A stretch of 64,000 nt of DNA from an uncultured Candidatus Saccharibacteria bacterium (lineage in GTDB: Bacteria > Patescibacteriota > Minisyncoccia > SW-4-49-11), in NCBI GenBank assembly GCA_964633865.1, contig CAZWIJ010000005.1, forward strand, positions 6,453 to 70,452, read 5' to 3'. Position numbers and translations under genes: made by a program. Positions 49,977-58,750 of the stretch are shown in pieces. Numbering within the stretch: position 1 is the stretch's first letter; every line of letters starts with the position of its first letter. The notes under the pieces were generated by a model. It did no database searches, was not told where the DNA came from, and saw only the letters and a program-made list of their open reading frames with translations.

Positions 49977-50115
49977 ACAATTTCTGCCTCCCCACTACTT
50001 CCCTCGTAGCCTCAATCTTCCTATCAGCATAAAGCACAACATCTTTGATCACCAATTTTTGGATATCAGAGATTAAAGTTTTAATTAAGTCATAATCTGC
50101 TTGATTTTTAATCAT
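49966..50115 (-). pseudogene. C-terminal remnant of a restriction-modification specificity (S) subunit
   Basis: Manual translation MIKNQADYDLIKTLISDIQKLVIKDVVLYADRKIEATREVV resembles S-subunit C-termini (recalled, not searched). Confidence 0.5.
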
Positions 50116-50300
50116 AAAAACTTATTTTTAAATCTATTTACATATATATTACCTTAAATAAATTTGATTGTAAATGATAGGTAATAATCTTGTAATCTAT
50201 GTCATTAAAATTTAATTTTTACGACATAAAAATTATAAACTAAAATCAATATGTACTTTATCGCTTTTACTTTTTTAGATAATATATCAAAAATTTATCC

Positions 50301-51329
50301 TTATTTAAAAAAAGGGAAATATTCTTTATAGTCTTCTATTTTTAGGTTATGAATTTCTTTATAAACTTTTTCTAAAGTAGAATCTTTTGTATCTGTTAAT
50401 TTATTATAAATATATACCCTATTAAAAGTTGATTTATAATTAATAATATCTATATCCATACCCAATTCTGACAAATAAATTTCTTTCATATAATCAAAAT
50501 CTTGAATAAAGTTTTCATAAACAAATAAATCTAAATTAATTGTACTATCTGAAATTATAGAAAAATATTCTTTATTTTCTCTGCTAAAAATTAAATATTC
50601 CATTTTATTTTTATAAGCCATATCCTCAAACCAAAAAAGTAATAAATCTTGTTTTAATTTATAGTTATTTGAGTATTCAAAAATTAATTCCTTTTTAGAA
50701 GTTTTTATAATTTGTAATGAACTTTCCTTTATCTTAAGTTCATTATTTTGATTCTTAAATATATTTTGAAAATCTTTCATCCACTCATCCTTCCAATCTC
50801 CAATAAAATAATTTTCTATAGAGCTTTTCTGAACTAATTCATTCCAATAATTTTGAGCTCTTCTACAGTCATCATAAGAGAGTTCTCCTTTTTTCCAATT
50901 ACCAACTAAAGAATGTAATTTAGGTATATATTTTTGAACTCTTTTTTTATGATCAAAATTTCTACTTTGATTATATTCATAAATTTCTTGTTCCATTTCT
51001 TCTTTTAGAAAAGTAAAGTTTTTTTCTTCCAAATTAGAAGTATAAATCATATTTATCAAAAAATCTTTTACTTCTTCTAATTTATTTTTATCAAATTGAG
51101 CATAAATTTTAACACAACTTGAATTTGTTATAGCTTCTAATTTTCCAAATAACTCATATTTTTTATTATAGAAATTTTCATAATCATGCTTTATATTTCC
51201 AAAAAATAGCATATGTTCTGCCAAATGAGTAAATCCCTGTTGTTCTGGGAGCTCTTTTTCTGAAGAAATTTTTATTTCTAGCATTAAACTTAATGTGTAT
51301 TTCCAATTTATATAATGATGTTTTCTCAT
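50301..51329 (-). CDS. M16 (insulinase-like) zinc metallopeptidase
   Basis: Inverted zincin motif GFTHLAEHMLF. Confidence 0.75.
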   Translation of the reverse strand: MRKHHYINWKYTLSLMLEIKISSEKELPEQQGFTHLAEHMLFFGNIKHDYENFYNKKYELFGKLEAITNSSCVKIYAQFDKNKLEEVKDFLINMIYTSNLEEKNFTFLKEEMEQEIYEYNQSRNFDHKKRVQKYIPKLHSLVGNWKKGELSYDDCRRAQNYWNELVQKSSIENYFIGDWKDEWMKDFQNIFKNQNNELKIKESSLQIIKTSKKELIFEYSNNYKLKQDLLLFWFEDMAYKNKMEYLIFSRENKEYFSIISDSTINLDLFVYENFIQDFDYMKEIYLSELGMDIDIINYKSTFNRVYIYNKLTDTKDSTLEKVYKEIHNLKIEDYKEYFPFFK

Positions 51330-51359
51330 AATAGTAGTTTAATTATATACTGAGAAAAG

Positions 51360-51437
51360 AAGACTTGTCAAGAAAAAATTTTGAATAAATTAAAAATAAC
51401 TTTTATGTTCCTATTTCCCCTGAAACCCTTTTTCTGC
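51360..51437. repeat. Direct repeat copy A: duplicated sufC 3' end plus downstream -35 box
   Basis: About 78 bp closely matching 52280-52356. Confidence 0.85.
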
Positions 51438-51539
51438 AATCTTTTCCATTGCTTCTCCCATAAAATAAAGTGAGTCAGAAGGTGAAATTACTATAATTTT
51501 ATCTCTTTTTTTTAATTTATCTGGTGTAGTTTGTTTCAT
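51411..51539 (-). pseudogene. Chimera: S66 (LD-carboxypeptidase/MccF-like) N-terminus fused in frame to the SufC C-terminal tail
   Basis: MKQTTPDKLKKRDKIIVISPSDSLYFMGEAMEKI+AEKGFQGK*; the last 8 aa are identical to SufC. Confidence 0.6.
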
Positions 51540-51544
51540 GTTTT

Positions 51545-51943
51545 TTAAATATTACTCAAAATTACTTTAAGATAATTGTCATCAATTTTATGATCAGCAT
51601 TTGGCACAATAATCATTTTTACATTATCTTTACATAATGGGTTAAATATTTTTTCTAAGAAATCTTCTTTTTCTCCAATTATAAATATTACTTCTTCTGC
51701 TAAATGACTCCCTAAAGTCTCAAATGGAGTTGGTGAACATAAAATTAATTTTTTTAATGGTTTTTGTAAAGCTATATCTAAAGAAAAAACACATCCTAAC
51801 GAAAAACTAATCACTGTATCAAAATCTTTAAATTTTGTTGCTTCGCCAGTATTCCAATCTATTTTTGCTATATTAAAATATTTGGATAAAAATTTATAAT
51901 CTTCTCTAGTTTCTCCTAACCCTGGATAGAATATAGGTTTCAT
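51545..51943 (-). CDS. Miniature alpha/beta-hydrolase-fold protein
   Basis: YPGLGE, nucleophile elbow SFSLG, LILCSP, IIGEKE, VPNADH. Confidence 0.65.
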   Translation of the reverse strand: MKPIFYPGLGETREDYKFLSKYFNIAKIDWNTGEATKFKDFDTVISFSLGCVFSLDIALQKPLKKLILCSPTPFETLGSHLAEEVIFIIGEKEDFLEKIFNPLCKDNVKMIIVPNADHKIDDNYLKVILSNI

Positions 51944-52030
51944 ATACTTGTTTATTATCTTATAAAAAATGGAGATAATATCTATTATCTCCTTATTATA
52001 CTACATTATTTGATAAATGCTAATTAATAG

Positions 52031-52231
52031 CTAAATATCAAATTCACTGTTATTTACACCTTTAATGAAGGCTCCCCACTCATCTTTGGTGAAAAAGATA
52101 GTGTTTTTAGATTCATCATTACTGTTTCTTACAGCAATCCCCTGTTCTGTTATTGCAACAGCTACACATGTTTTTGGATTATTTTTTGACCAAGAAGATG
52201 TTACAAATTGAGAATCTTGAACTTCAAACAT
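52031..52231 (-). CDS. DUF397-domain protein
   Basis: SSWS...CVAVA...IAVRNS...FFTKDEWGAFIKGVNNSEFD matches the DUF397 consensus. Confidence 0.85.
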   Translation of the reverse strand: MFEVQDSQFVTSSWSKNNPKTCVAVAITEQGIAVRNSNDESKNTIFFTKDEWGAFIKGVNNSEFDI

Positions 52232-52279
52232 AATTTTACACAATTTGACTAAAGAACATATCCATCATATCAAAAAAAA

Positions 52280-52356
52280 AAGACTTGTCAAGTAAAATTT
52301 TGAATAAATAAAAAATAACTTTTATGTCACTACTTTCCCTGAAACCCTTTTTCTGC
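52280..52356. repeat. Direct repeat copy B: native sufC 3' end plus -35 box
   Basis: Matches 51360-51437. Confidence 0.85.
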
Positions 52357-53049
52357 CACTTCGCTTACTAATTCTTGACCTCCTTGTTTTATAATCTCGC
52401 CTTTATTCATAATATAAACTTTTGTGGGGGGTAAATTATGTATCAAATTTGTATGATGAGTAATTATCAAGACTGACATATGATTATCCTCTACAATCTG
52501 CTTTAGGCTTGTACCAAAAAGATTAATCGCATCAACATCCAATCCTGAGTCTGGCTCGTCCAGGATAGCAACTTTTGGCTTTAATAATGACAATTGTAGT
52601 AGCTCTAATTTTTTCTTTTCTCCACCTGAGAATCCATCATTCACATATCTTGTCAAAAAACTTTTATCTATACCTAGTTTTTCTATTTCTTGGTGAATAA
52701 CTTTTTGAAAAGCTAGAATAGAAATATTTTTGACTAAAATTTGGTAAGCATTCTTTAATAAATTAATTACGGTTACTCCTTTTATCACTGGTGGGTTTTG
52801 CATAGATAAAAATAAACCTAATTTTGCTTTGTCTGATGTTGTGTACTCTCTTATATCTTTATTATCGATAAAGACTTTTCCCTCTGTTTGGTATGAAGGA
52901 TATCCCATAAGTCCTAATGCTAAAGTACTTTTCCCACTTCCATTGGATCCCATCAAATAATGAATTTCTCCATCTGGAATCTCAAAATTAATATTTTTTA
53001 CAATTTCTAACTTTCCTACTGTAACTTTGAAATTTTCTACTCTAAACAT
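52330..53049 (-). CDS. sufC: Fe-S cluster assembly ATPase SufC
   Basis: MGSNGSGKSTL, RYVNDGFSGGEKK, ILDEPDSGLDVDA, IITHH. Confidence 0.95.
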   Translation of the reverse strand: MFRVENFKVTVGKLEIVKNINFEIPDGEIHYLMGSNGSGKSTLALGLMGYPSYQTEGKVFIDNKDIREYTTSDKAKLGLFLSMQNPPVIKGVTVINLLKNAYQILVKNISILAFQKVIHQEIEKLGIDKSFLTRYVNDGFSGGEKKKLELLQLSLLKPKVAILDEPDSGLDVDAINLFGTSLKQIVEDNHMSVLIITHHTNLIHNLPPTKVYIMNKGEIIKQGGQELVSEVAEKGFQGK

Positions 53050-53071
53050 ATTTATTCTAAACTTATTAATT

Positions 53072-53440
53072 CTATTTAATCTCCATTTCATTAATAGTGT
53101 TGATCATTAATTTGACACACTTTATTCTATTCAAATCTTTGCCTAGCCCTATCAATTCATAAATCTTATCTTCTGTAAGCTCTTTTATATACTCTACAGA
53201 CTGCCCTTTTAACTCTTCACTGATTATAGAAGCTGAAGCGATCGCAAGAGCACAAGCATTTCCTGTATAGGAACAATCTTGTATAATACCATCTTTCACT
53301 TCCAAATATACCATCAAATCATCTCCACAAATAGGATTATAGCCTCTTTTGGTAAAATTAGCATTTTTATTTTCTCTTTTATTCAATGGATTTCTATATA
53401 AATCTATGATAAATTCTCTATAAATTTCATCACTACTCAT
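53072..53440 (-). CDS. sufU: SufU/IscU-like scaffold
   Basis: IIDLYRNP, NPICGD, GNACALAIASAS, RIKC. Confidence 0.88.
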   Translation of the reverse strand: MSSDEIYREFIIDLYRNPLNKRENKNANFTKRGYNPICGDDLMVYLEVKDGIIQDCSYTGNACALAIASASIISEELKGQSVEYIKELTEDKIYELIGLGKDLNRIKCVKLMINTINEMEIK

Positions 53441-53442
53441 AC

Positions 53443-55860
53443 TTAATTCTTTTTAAAGTTAATTGAACTAAATATCCACCAAATAATATTAATAAGAAAA
53501 ATTAAGCTAAAAATTTTATTTTCTCTTAATTCTTTGGGGATAGAGTCAAAAATAGATTTAGTAAATTTATCTAACCATTGAGCAAAATTACTATCCTGAA
53601 GTAATTCTTGATTTTCTGTTGCATATTCATCCCAAGGAACATATCTACTCACAAGATTATTTGAATCTGTATTATCTACACTACTTGCCTGTACAATATT
53701 ATTAGATTTTGTAGTTTTTTCTGTACTTGTATCTTGCTCTGTCTCAACTGATATATGTTTGTCATCGTATGGCACTAATCTTAATTCCCCATCATATTCT
53801 TCCACAAATCCTTGTATTAGCACTGTATCTCCTTTTCTCATTTCTGGTTTACGAAAAGCATTTTCGGAGATTTTGACAATATTTTCTTTTTGATTATCTG
53901 ATAAAATTACAAGTTTTGTAGCTGTATTTGTATTAAGGATACCTGATATTTGGACAAAAGCATTCTCACGAGATAAAGTATCTTGCATTTCAAATTTTGG
54001 AGTAAAATTCTTAGATTCTACACCAGCAATATCTTTTAATTTTAAGTACATTTGAGTTTTTGTCTTATGAATACTTCCTTGTAATGTTAAATTCTGATTT
54101 AAATCAATATTATAATCTGAATTATTTGGGATTGTTACTCTTAAAATATTTCTTCCATCTGTAATATAAAATGAATTCTTATAAATTTTATCAAGATTAA
54201 TAAATACAATACCTGTAATTTCTATATTATCATTATGATTTAGATTAGAAATCTCTCCAAAATTTATTGTTCTATAAATTACACTTGAATCTTCTTTTTC
54301 TTGAGTTGATTTAGTTTTTGATGCTGATGTCTTACTCTTAGCTTGTTTTGTCTCTATTATAGCTGGTTCTGTTAATATATTATCTTTTCCTTCTGTAATA
54401 GTAGTTGTAAATAACCATCTATCTTCAAATTTACTATAACTTTGATCTACAAGTGATTTTGGGATTTCTACTTCTTGATAAATATTTCCATCTGGGCTTG
54501 ATAATCTGACTGTTTCTCCTGTATTATTCAGAGTAATTTTTGTATCAACATTTCTGAAGATTCTATAAGAATATGGCTTTATCTCACCAGATAATGTAAT
54601 TGTTTTTACTCTATCTCCTAATTTCCATCCATCCAGTTTGATAATCTGATTAGTTGAATTATAGATTTCTATAAATTCATTTTCTGTTCCAGATTTAGGA
54701 TCTGCTAAAAATTCTGTAAAATAAATCCAACCCGCTTCTACAATTTGAGTATTAGCATTAACTTCTTCCTCTTCTTCTATCTCATTTTTATCTTCTGTTA
54801 ATATTTCTTCTTTTGGTTCTTCTATAATCAAAGATTGCTTATTTGATAAATTTGCTGTCACTTGATTAGTCCATTCAAATTTTCCATTGATTAAAGCTAA
54901 ACTATTTTCTTTTTTTACATCTTTTAAGAAATATATTTGTTTATCTTGAATTTTTCCATTCGGATCAATCAGATTCACTTCTTCATATGACTCTGCATTT
55001 GAATTATAATTATTTAACATAGAAACCCTAATTGAATAAAATCCGAAGCCAGGAATATTTCCTGACAAGCTTTTAGCACTTCCTCCTCCAGAAATTAAAT
55101 CATCTACCTTCCAACCTGTAAGATCTATATCCTCACTAGTTAAATTCTCTATCTCTATAAATTCAGATTCAAATTTCGTTCCTTGATCTGGTAGGAATTC
55201 ACTGATTTTCAATTTATTGTCATAATTTAAGATTACACCTTCTGAAGTTTCCTCTTCTCCAGTCTCAGTTGGAATCTCTTCCTCCTCTATAATTTCTTCT
55301 TCTACTATAGGTTCTTTGTATTCTTTTTGTAATAAAGATATCTTTTTAGACTCCCAAATATTATTTTCTAATCTATGTAATGAATATCCATTTTCTGTAA
55401 CTACTGGCCATTTCCCAAAAAAGTTTACAGAATCAACTGTAATATTATTATTATCTCTCAATTCTATAAAAGCACCCACCGTATTACTCAAATTAAAATC
55501 ACTAGAAAAAATTACTTTCTCTAGTGGGATTAATGTGTTTTTCTGTGATTGAGTAACTTTTCTGATTATAAGATAATCTTTTGCTTCTATTATTCCTGAT
55601 AAAGTTATTATTTTATCACTATTTCCTGATAAAACTCTTAGCTTATAATCTGTTAGATTTATAGAATTATCTGTATTATTATAAATTTCTATGAATTCAT
55701 CACTTGATTTTGGTGTTGTTGAATCTTCCCAAACGGTATAACCTTGATAATTAATCTCGGAAATTTGTATTTCTCCGAATGCTTGTACTTTTAGAGTAAA
55801 TATTGTATTTAATACAAATAACCCTATTAATATTTTGGATAAATTAAATAGATTTTTCAT
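53443..55860 (-). CDS. Surface protein with three lamin-tail domains, probable OB folds and a C-terminal TM anchor
   Basis: Signal peptide; three 'I/F(S/T)E...EFIEI.N....I.L...K' units; C-terminal hydrophobic helix. Confidence 0.75.
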   Translation of the reverse strand: MKNLFNLSKILIGLFVLNTIFTLKVQAFGEIQISEINYQGYTVWEDSTTPKSSDEFIEIYNNTDNSINLTDYKLRVLSGNSDKIITLSGIIEAKDYLIIRKVTQSQKNTLIPLEKVIFSSDFNLSNTVGAFIELRDNNNITVDSVNFFGKWPVVTENGYSLHRLENNIWESKKISLLQKEYKEPIVEEEIIEEEEIPTETGEEETSEGVILNYDNKLKISEFLPDQGTKFESEFIEIENLTSEDIDLTGWKVDDLISGGGSAKSLSGNIPGFGFYSIRVSMLNNYNSNAESYEEVNLIDPNGKIQDKQIYFLKDVKKENSLALINGKFEWTNQVTANLSNKQSLIIEEPKEEILTEDKNEIEEEEEVNANTQIVEAGWIYFTEFLADPKSGTENEFIEIYNSTNQIIKLDGWKLGDRVKTITLSGEIKPYSYRIFRNVDTKITLNNTGETVRLSSPDGNIYQEVEIPKSLVDQSYSKFEDRWLFTTTITEGKDNILTEPAIIETKQAKSKTSASKTKSTQEKEDSSVIYRTINFGEISNLNHNDNIEITGIVFINLDKIYKNSFYITDGRNILRVTIPNNSDYNIDLNQNLTLQGSIHKTKTQMYLKLKDIAGVESKNFTPKFEMQDTLSRENAFVQISGILNTNTATKLVILSDNQKENIVKISENAFRKPEMRKGDTVLIQGFVEEYDGELRLVPYDDKHISVETEQDTSTEKTTKSNNIVQASSVDNTDSNNLVSRYVPWDEYATENQELLQDSNFAQWLDKFTKSIFDSIPKELRENKIFSLIFLINIIWWIFSSINFKKN

Positions 55861-56446
55861 TAACTTCTTCTTTAGGCTTATATGTATAGGCTCTATGTAA
55901 GTCTGATTTTTTATTTTTCTCTGATAATTTCAATAGTATATTTTTAGCAATATATGGTTCTGGAATATCATTAAAAAACAATGTTCTAGAATCAGCTCCA
56001 GCAGTTTGAATTCTAACATCTCCAAAATTTATTGTTGTTGCAAAAACTCCTTTCACTACTACTTCCACATCTTCTATATTTCCAACATCAGCCTCAGCAA
56101 TTTTTCTATTAAAAAAATCTACTTGATCTACAGTTAAAACTCTTTCATTGGTAATAATGTATGAATCCAAATAATAATGTACCCATACTAAAAAAATGGT
56201 AAATAATAAAAATAAAATTGTTCCTAAAATTAATATTTCATACAAAATTTGACCTATACCTTCTTTGAAAAATGGCACCAGATTTGGAAGCCAAAAATAC
56301 AAAATTAGAGTACATATTCCTAATATAATAGATAGTGTATATCCTATTACAAGAAAAAAAATATGTCTTCTATATATAATTTCTACTTTCTCTTCTTTAT
56401 GTTGTCCCAAAAAATGAATATTAGGCCTAATAACTCTATCTACCAT
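55844..56446 (-). CDS. Membrane protein with bacterial PH domain
   Basis: Two TMs; YIITNERV, IEDV, NFGDVRIQTAG. Confidence 0.8.
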   Translation of the reverse strand: MVDRVIRPNIHFLGQHKEEKVEIIYRRHIFFLVIGYTLSIILGICTLILYFWLPNLVPFFKEGIGQILYEILILGTILFLLFTIFLVWVHYYLDSYIITNERVLTVDQVDFFNRKIAEADVGNIEDVEVVVKGVFATTINFGDVRIQTAGADSRTLFFNDIPEPYIAKNILLKLSEKNKKSDLHRAYTYKPKEEVNEKSI

Positions 56447-56452
56447 ATCTTT

Positions 56453-56665
56453 TTATAAATTATTTATAAATAATGTTGCTTGTATTAATTTGATTACGAT
56501 TAAAAAAATTATTAAAAAACTTGCAATAAAATAAATAATTGATGATATAATAGCAGTTTTTTTATTTATCCCAAATTTTATAATATGATATATGGATATT
56601 ATACTAGCTATAATATAAGTAATCAATATAATTATAAATGATACCCAAATTCCTAATACTTGCAT
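56453..56665 (-). CDS. Small two-TM hypothetical protein
   Basis: Hydrophobic ORF tightly packed in the ruvB operon; YHIIKFG. Confidence 0.65.
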   Translation of the reverse strand: MQVLGIWVSFIIILITYIIASIISIYHIIKFGINKKTAIISSIIYFIASFLIIFLIVIKLIQATLFINNL

Positions 56666-56670
56666 ATTTT

Positions 56671-57660
56671 TTAATTTTTAATAATATTTAAATATTCATA
56701 ACACAAATCAGTAACAACTCTACCACGAGATGTTCTCTGAATAAATCCTTGTCTCATCAAAAATGGCTCATATATTTCTTCTATTGTTACTGTCTCTTCA
56801 GCTGTAGCAGCAGCAAGAGTCCCTAATCCAACTGGACCACCTCCAAATTTATGAATCATTGCCTCTAATATCTTACGATCTCCAGCTTCAAGTCCAAGAT
56901 TATCTACTCCTAATAAATCAAAGGTTTCTGTGGCGGTCTCTTTTCCCATCAATCCATTATAATTTATCTCAGCTACATCTCTTACTCTTTTTAATAATCT
57001 ATTTGCTACTCTCGGTGTTTGTCTACTTCTTTTAGCTATCATTTTAAGAACATCATCTGATTTATAAGACACATTTAAGATTTTACTAGATCGACGAATT
57101 ATTTCAGTTATATCATCAATAGTATAAAATTCAAAACTATATATATTCCCAAATCTACTCCTGAGTGGGCCAGAAAGAGACCCGAATTTGGTAGTAGCAC
57201 CAATCAAAGTGAATCTAGGTAAATCTAATCTCAATGTACGAGCTGAAGGACCTTTACCGACAATGATATCCAATACAAAATCTTCCATAGCAGAGTATAA
57301 AACTTCTTCTAGTGTTTTTGATAATCTATGAATCTCATCTATAAAAAGAACATCTCCATGCTCTACATTAGTTAAAATAGAAGCCAAATCACCTGGTTTT
57401 TCTAAAGCAGGACCTGAGGTTACTTTTAAGTTTGAGCCAAGTGATTTTGCAATAAGATATGCAAGTGAAGTCTTCCCAAGACCAGGAGGTCCATAAAATA
57501 GAAGATGATCTAGAGGCTCTGATCTTTTATTGGAAGCTTGTATAGAAATATTAAGATTTTTTTTAATTTGTTCTTGCCCAATATACTCATCAAAAGTTTG
57601 AGGTCTTAGAGTTTGTTCTATTACTTTTTCTTCTGGTAATTCTTTAGTGGAAGTAATCAT
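56671..57660 (-). CDS. ruvB: Holliday junction branch migration helicase RuvB
   Basis: LRPQTFDEYIGQ, GPPGLGKT, FIDEIHR, TPRVANRLL. Confidence 0.98.
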   Translation of the reverse strand: MITSTKELPEEKVIEQTLRPQTFDEYIGQEQIKKNLNISIQASNKRSEPLDHLLFYGPPGLGKTSLAYLIAKSLGSNLKVTSGPALEKPGDLASILTNVEHGDVLFIDEIHRLSKTLEEVLYSAMEDFVLDIIVGKGPSARTLRLDLPRFTLIGATTKFGSLSGPLRSRFGNIYSFEFYTIDDITEIIRRSSKILNVSYKSDDVLKMIAKRSRQTPRVANRLLKRVRDVAEINYNGLMGKETATETFDLLGVDNLGLEAGDRKILEAMIHKFGGGPVGLGTLAAATAEETVTIEEIYEPFLMRQGFIQRTSRGRVVTDLCYEYLNIIKN

Positions 57661-57746
57661 TATTTTTAGTTAAGCTATACAATAATCATATCATTTATTG
57701 AAAAAAATTAAAATAGATAGTATACTAATTATGTACTATGAATAAA

Positions 57747-57817
57747 TGCCATATCGTCTAATGGTAGGACGAACGGTTCTGGTCCGTTTAATTTAGGTTC
57801 GAATCCTAATTTGGCAA
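57747..57817 (+). tRNA. tRNA-Gln(CTG)
   Basis: TGCCATA...AACGG-TTCTGGT-CCGTT...GGTTCGAATCC...TTTGGCAA; one T-T mismatch in the acceptor stem. Confidence 0.92.
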
Positions 57818-57868
57818 CAATATTTGTAAAAATAAAATTTTGTGATATAATAAACTAGTTCTTTTTGT

Positions 57869-58426
57869 GTGATTATTATGTTTAATAATTTTTTTGGAAG
57901 TTTAATTTCAGTTAATAGAATCCCCAACTTAATTTTTGACAGACCGTCTGATATAGATCTAAATATCATTAAACCTAATGTCAATTATTCAATGGAATTC
58001 ATTGTAACTCCACCAGAAAACAAGTGTATTAATACCAAAAAATATCTAAAAACTAAAAGTTTAGATTGTCGTAAATATATTATTGAGGACTTGGTCAAAA
58101 AGGATATCAAGGATTGGATTAATTTTTTTGAATATGCTGGTAAAATAAACTCAGAGAATGAATTTAGCTTTTATATAATACTAAAACAATTAAAAGATAA
58201 TACTCTAAAAAATTCCATTCATCAATACCCTAAAAACAGAGTTTATCACAACACTTTGGCTAGCATATTGTTAGTCTATCTTATCTCTAATTCTAAATCT
58301 AAAATGTATTATGAATCATTTTATCCGATTTTGTTTGGAGGTGAGACTGAAGAGATCACGGAAAAACTAGAAAGTCAAATTATACTAGAATATCTAACCT
58401 ATTTAAAGAAAATAAGTAAAATCTAA
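57869..58426 (+). CDS. Hypothetical protein
   Basis: ORF of about 185 aa downstream of tRNA-Gln; start uncertain; no motif recognised. Confidence 0.5.
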   Translation: MIIMFNNFFGSLISVNRIPNLIFDRPSDIDLNIIKPNVNYSMEFIVTPPENKCINTKKYLKTKSLDCRKYIIEDLVKKDIKDWINFFEYAGKINSENEFSFYIILKQLKDNTLKNSIHQYPKNRVYHNTLASILLVYLISNSKSKMYYESFYPILFGGETEEITEKLESQIILEYLTYLKKISKI

Positions 58427-58482
58427 TACACATTAAACCTTATTCCCTGTATTATTAAATATAGGGTTTTTAGTTCATTTAA

Positions 58483-58737
58483 CTTCGGTTCAGAAATCTA
58501 ATGCAACGGTGTAAAATGAATAAATAAAGTATCAAGGAATAAATTATGAGGAAGTATAAGAGAATAAAATATAAGGACAGAATACAGATAGAAGCATATA
58601 AAGAACTAGGAGTTATAGAGATATTGGAAAGGAATTAGGATTAAGTAAAAGCAGTATATATAGAGAGATAAAGAGACATACAGAACCCCCTAATGAGGTA
58701 TTCTTTAGTTATGTTGCACTAGATTCTTGAATCTACC
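58483..58737 (+). mobile_element. Internally deleted IS30-family element (MITE-like)
   Basis: Imperfect 25-bp terminal IRs (18/25 match); frameshifted HTH MRKYKRIKYKDRIQIEAYKELG/SYRDIGKELGLSKSSIYREIKR joined to IS30-like end PNEVF..VALDS*. Confidence 0.75.
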
Positions 58738-58750
58738 AAATTAAAAATTT

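Noticed and set aside
49041-52356. Integron cassette array
   Set aside because: No integron integrase and no attC-like RYYYAAC...GTTRRRY palindromes were seen between the genes.
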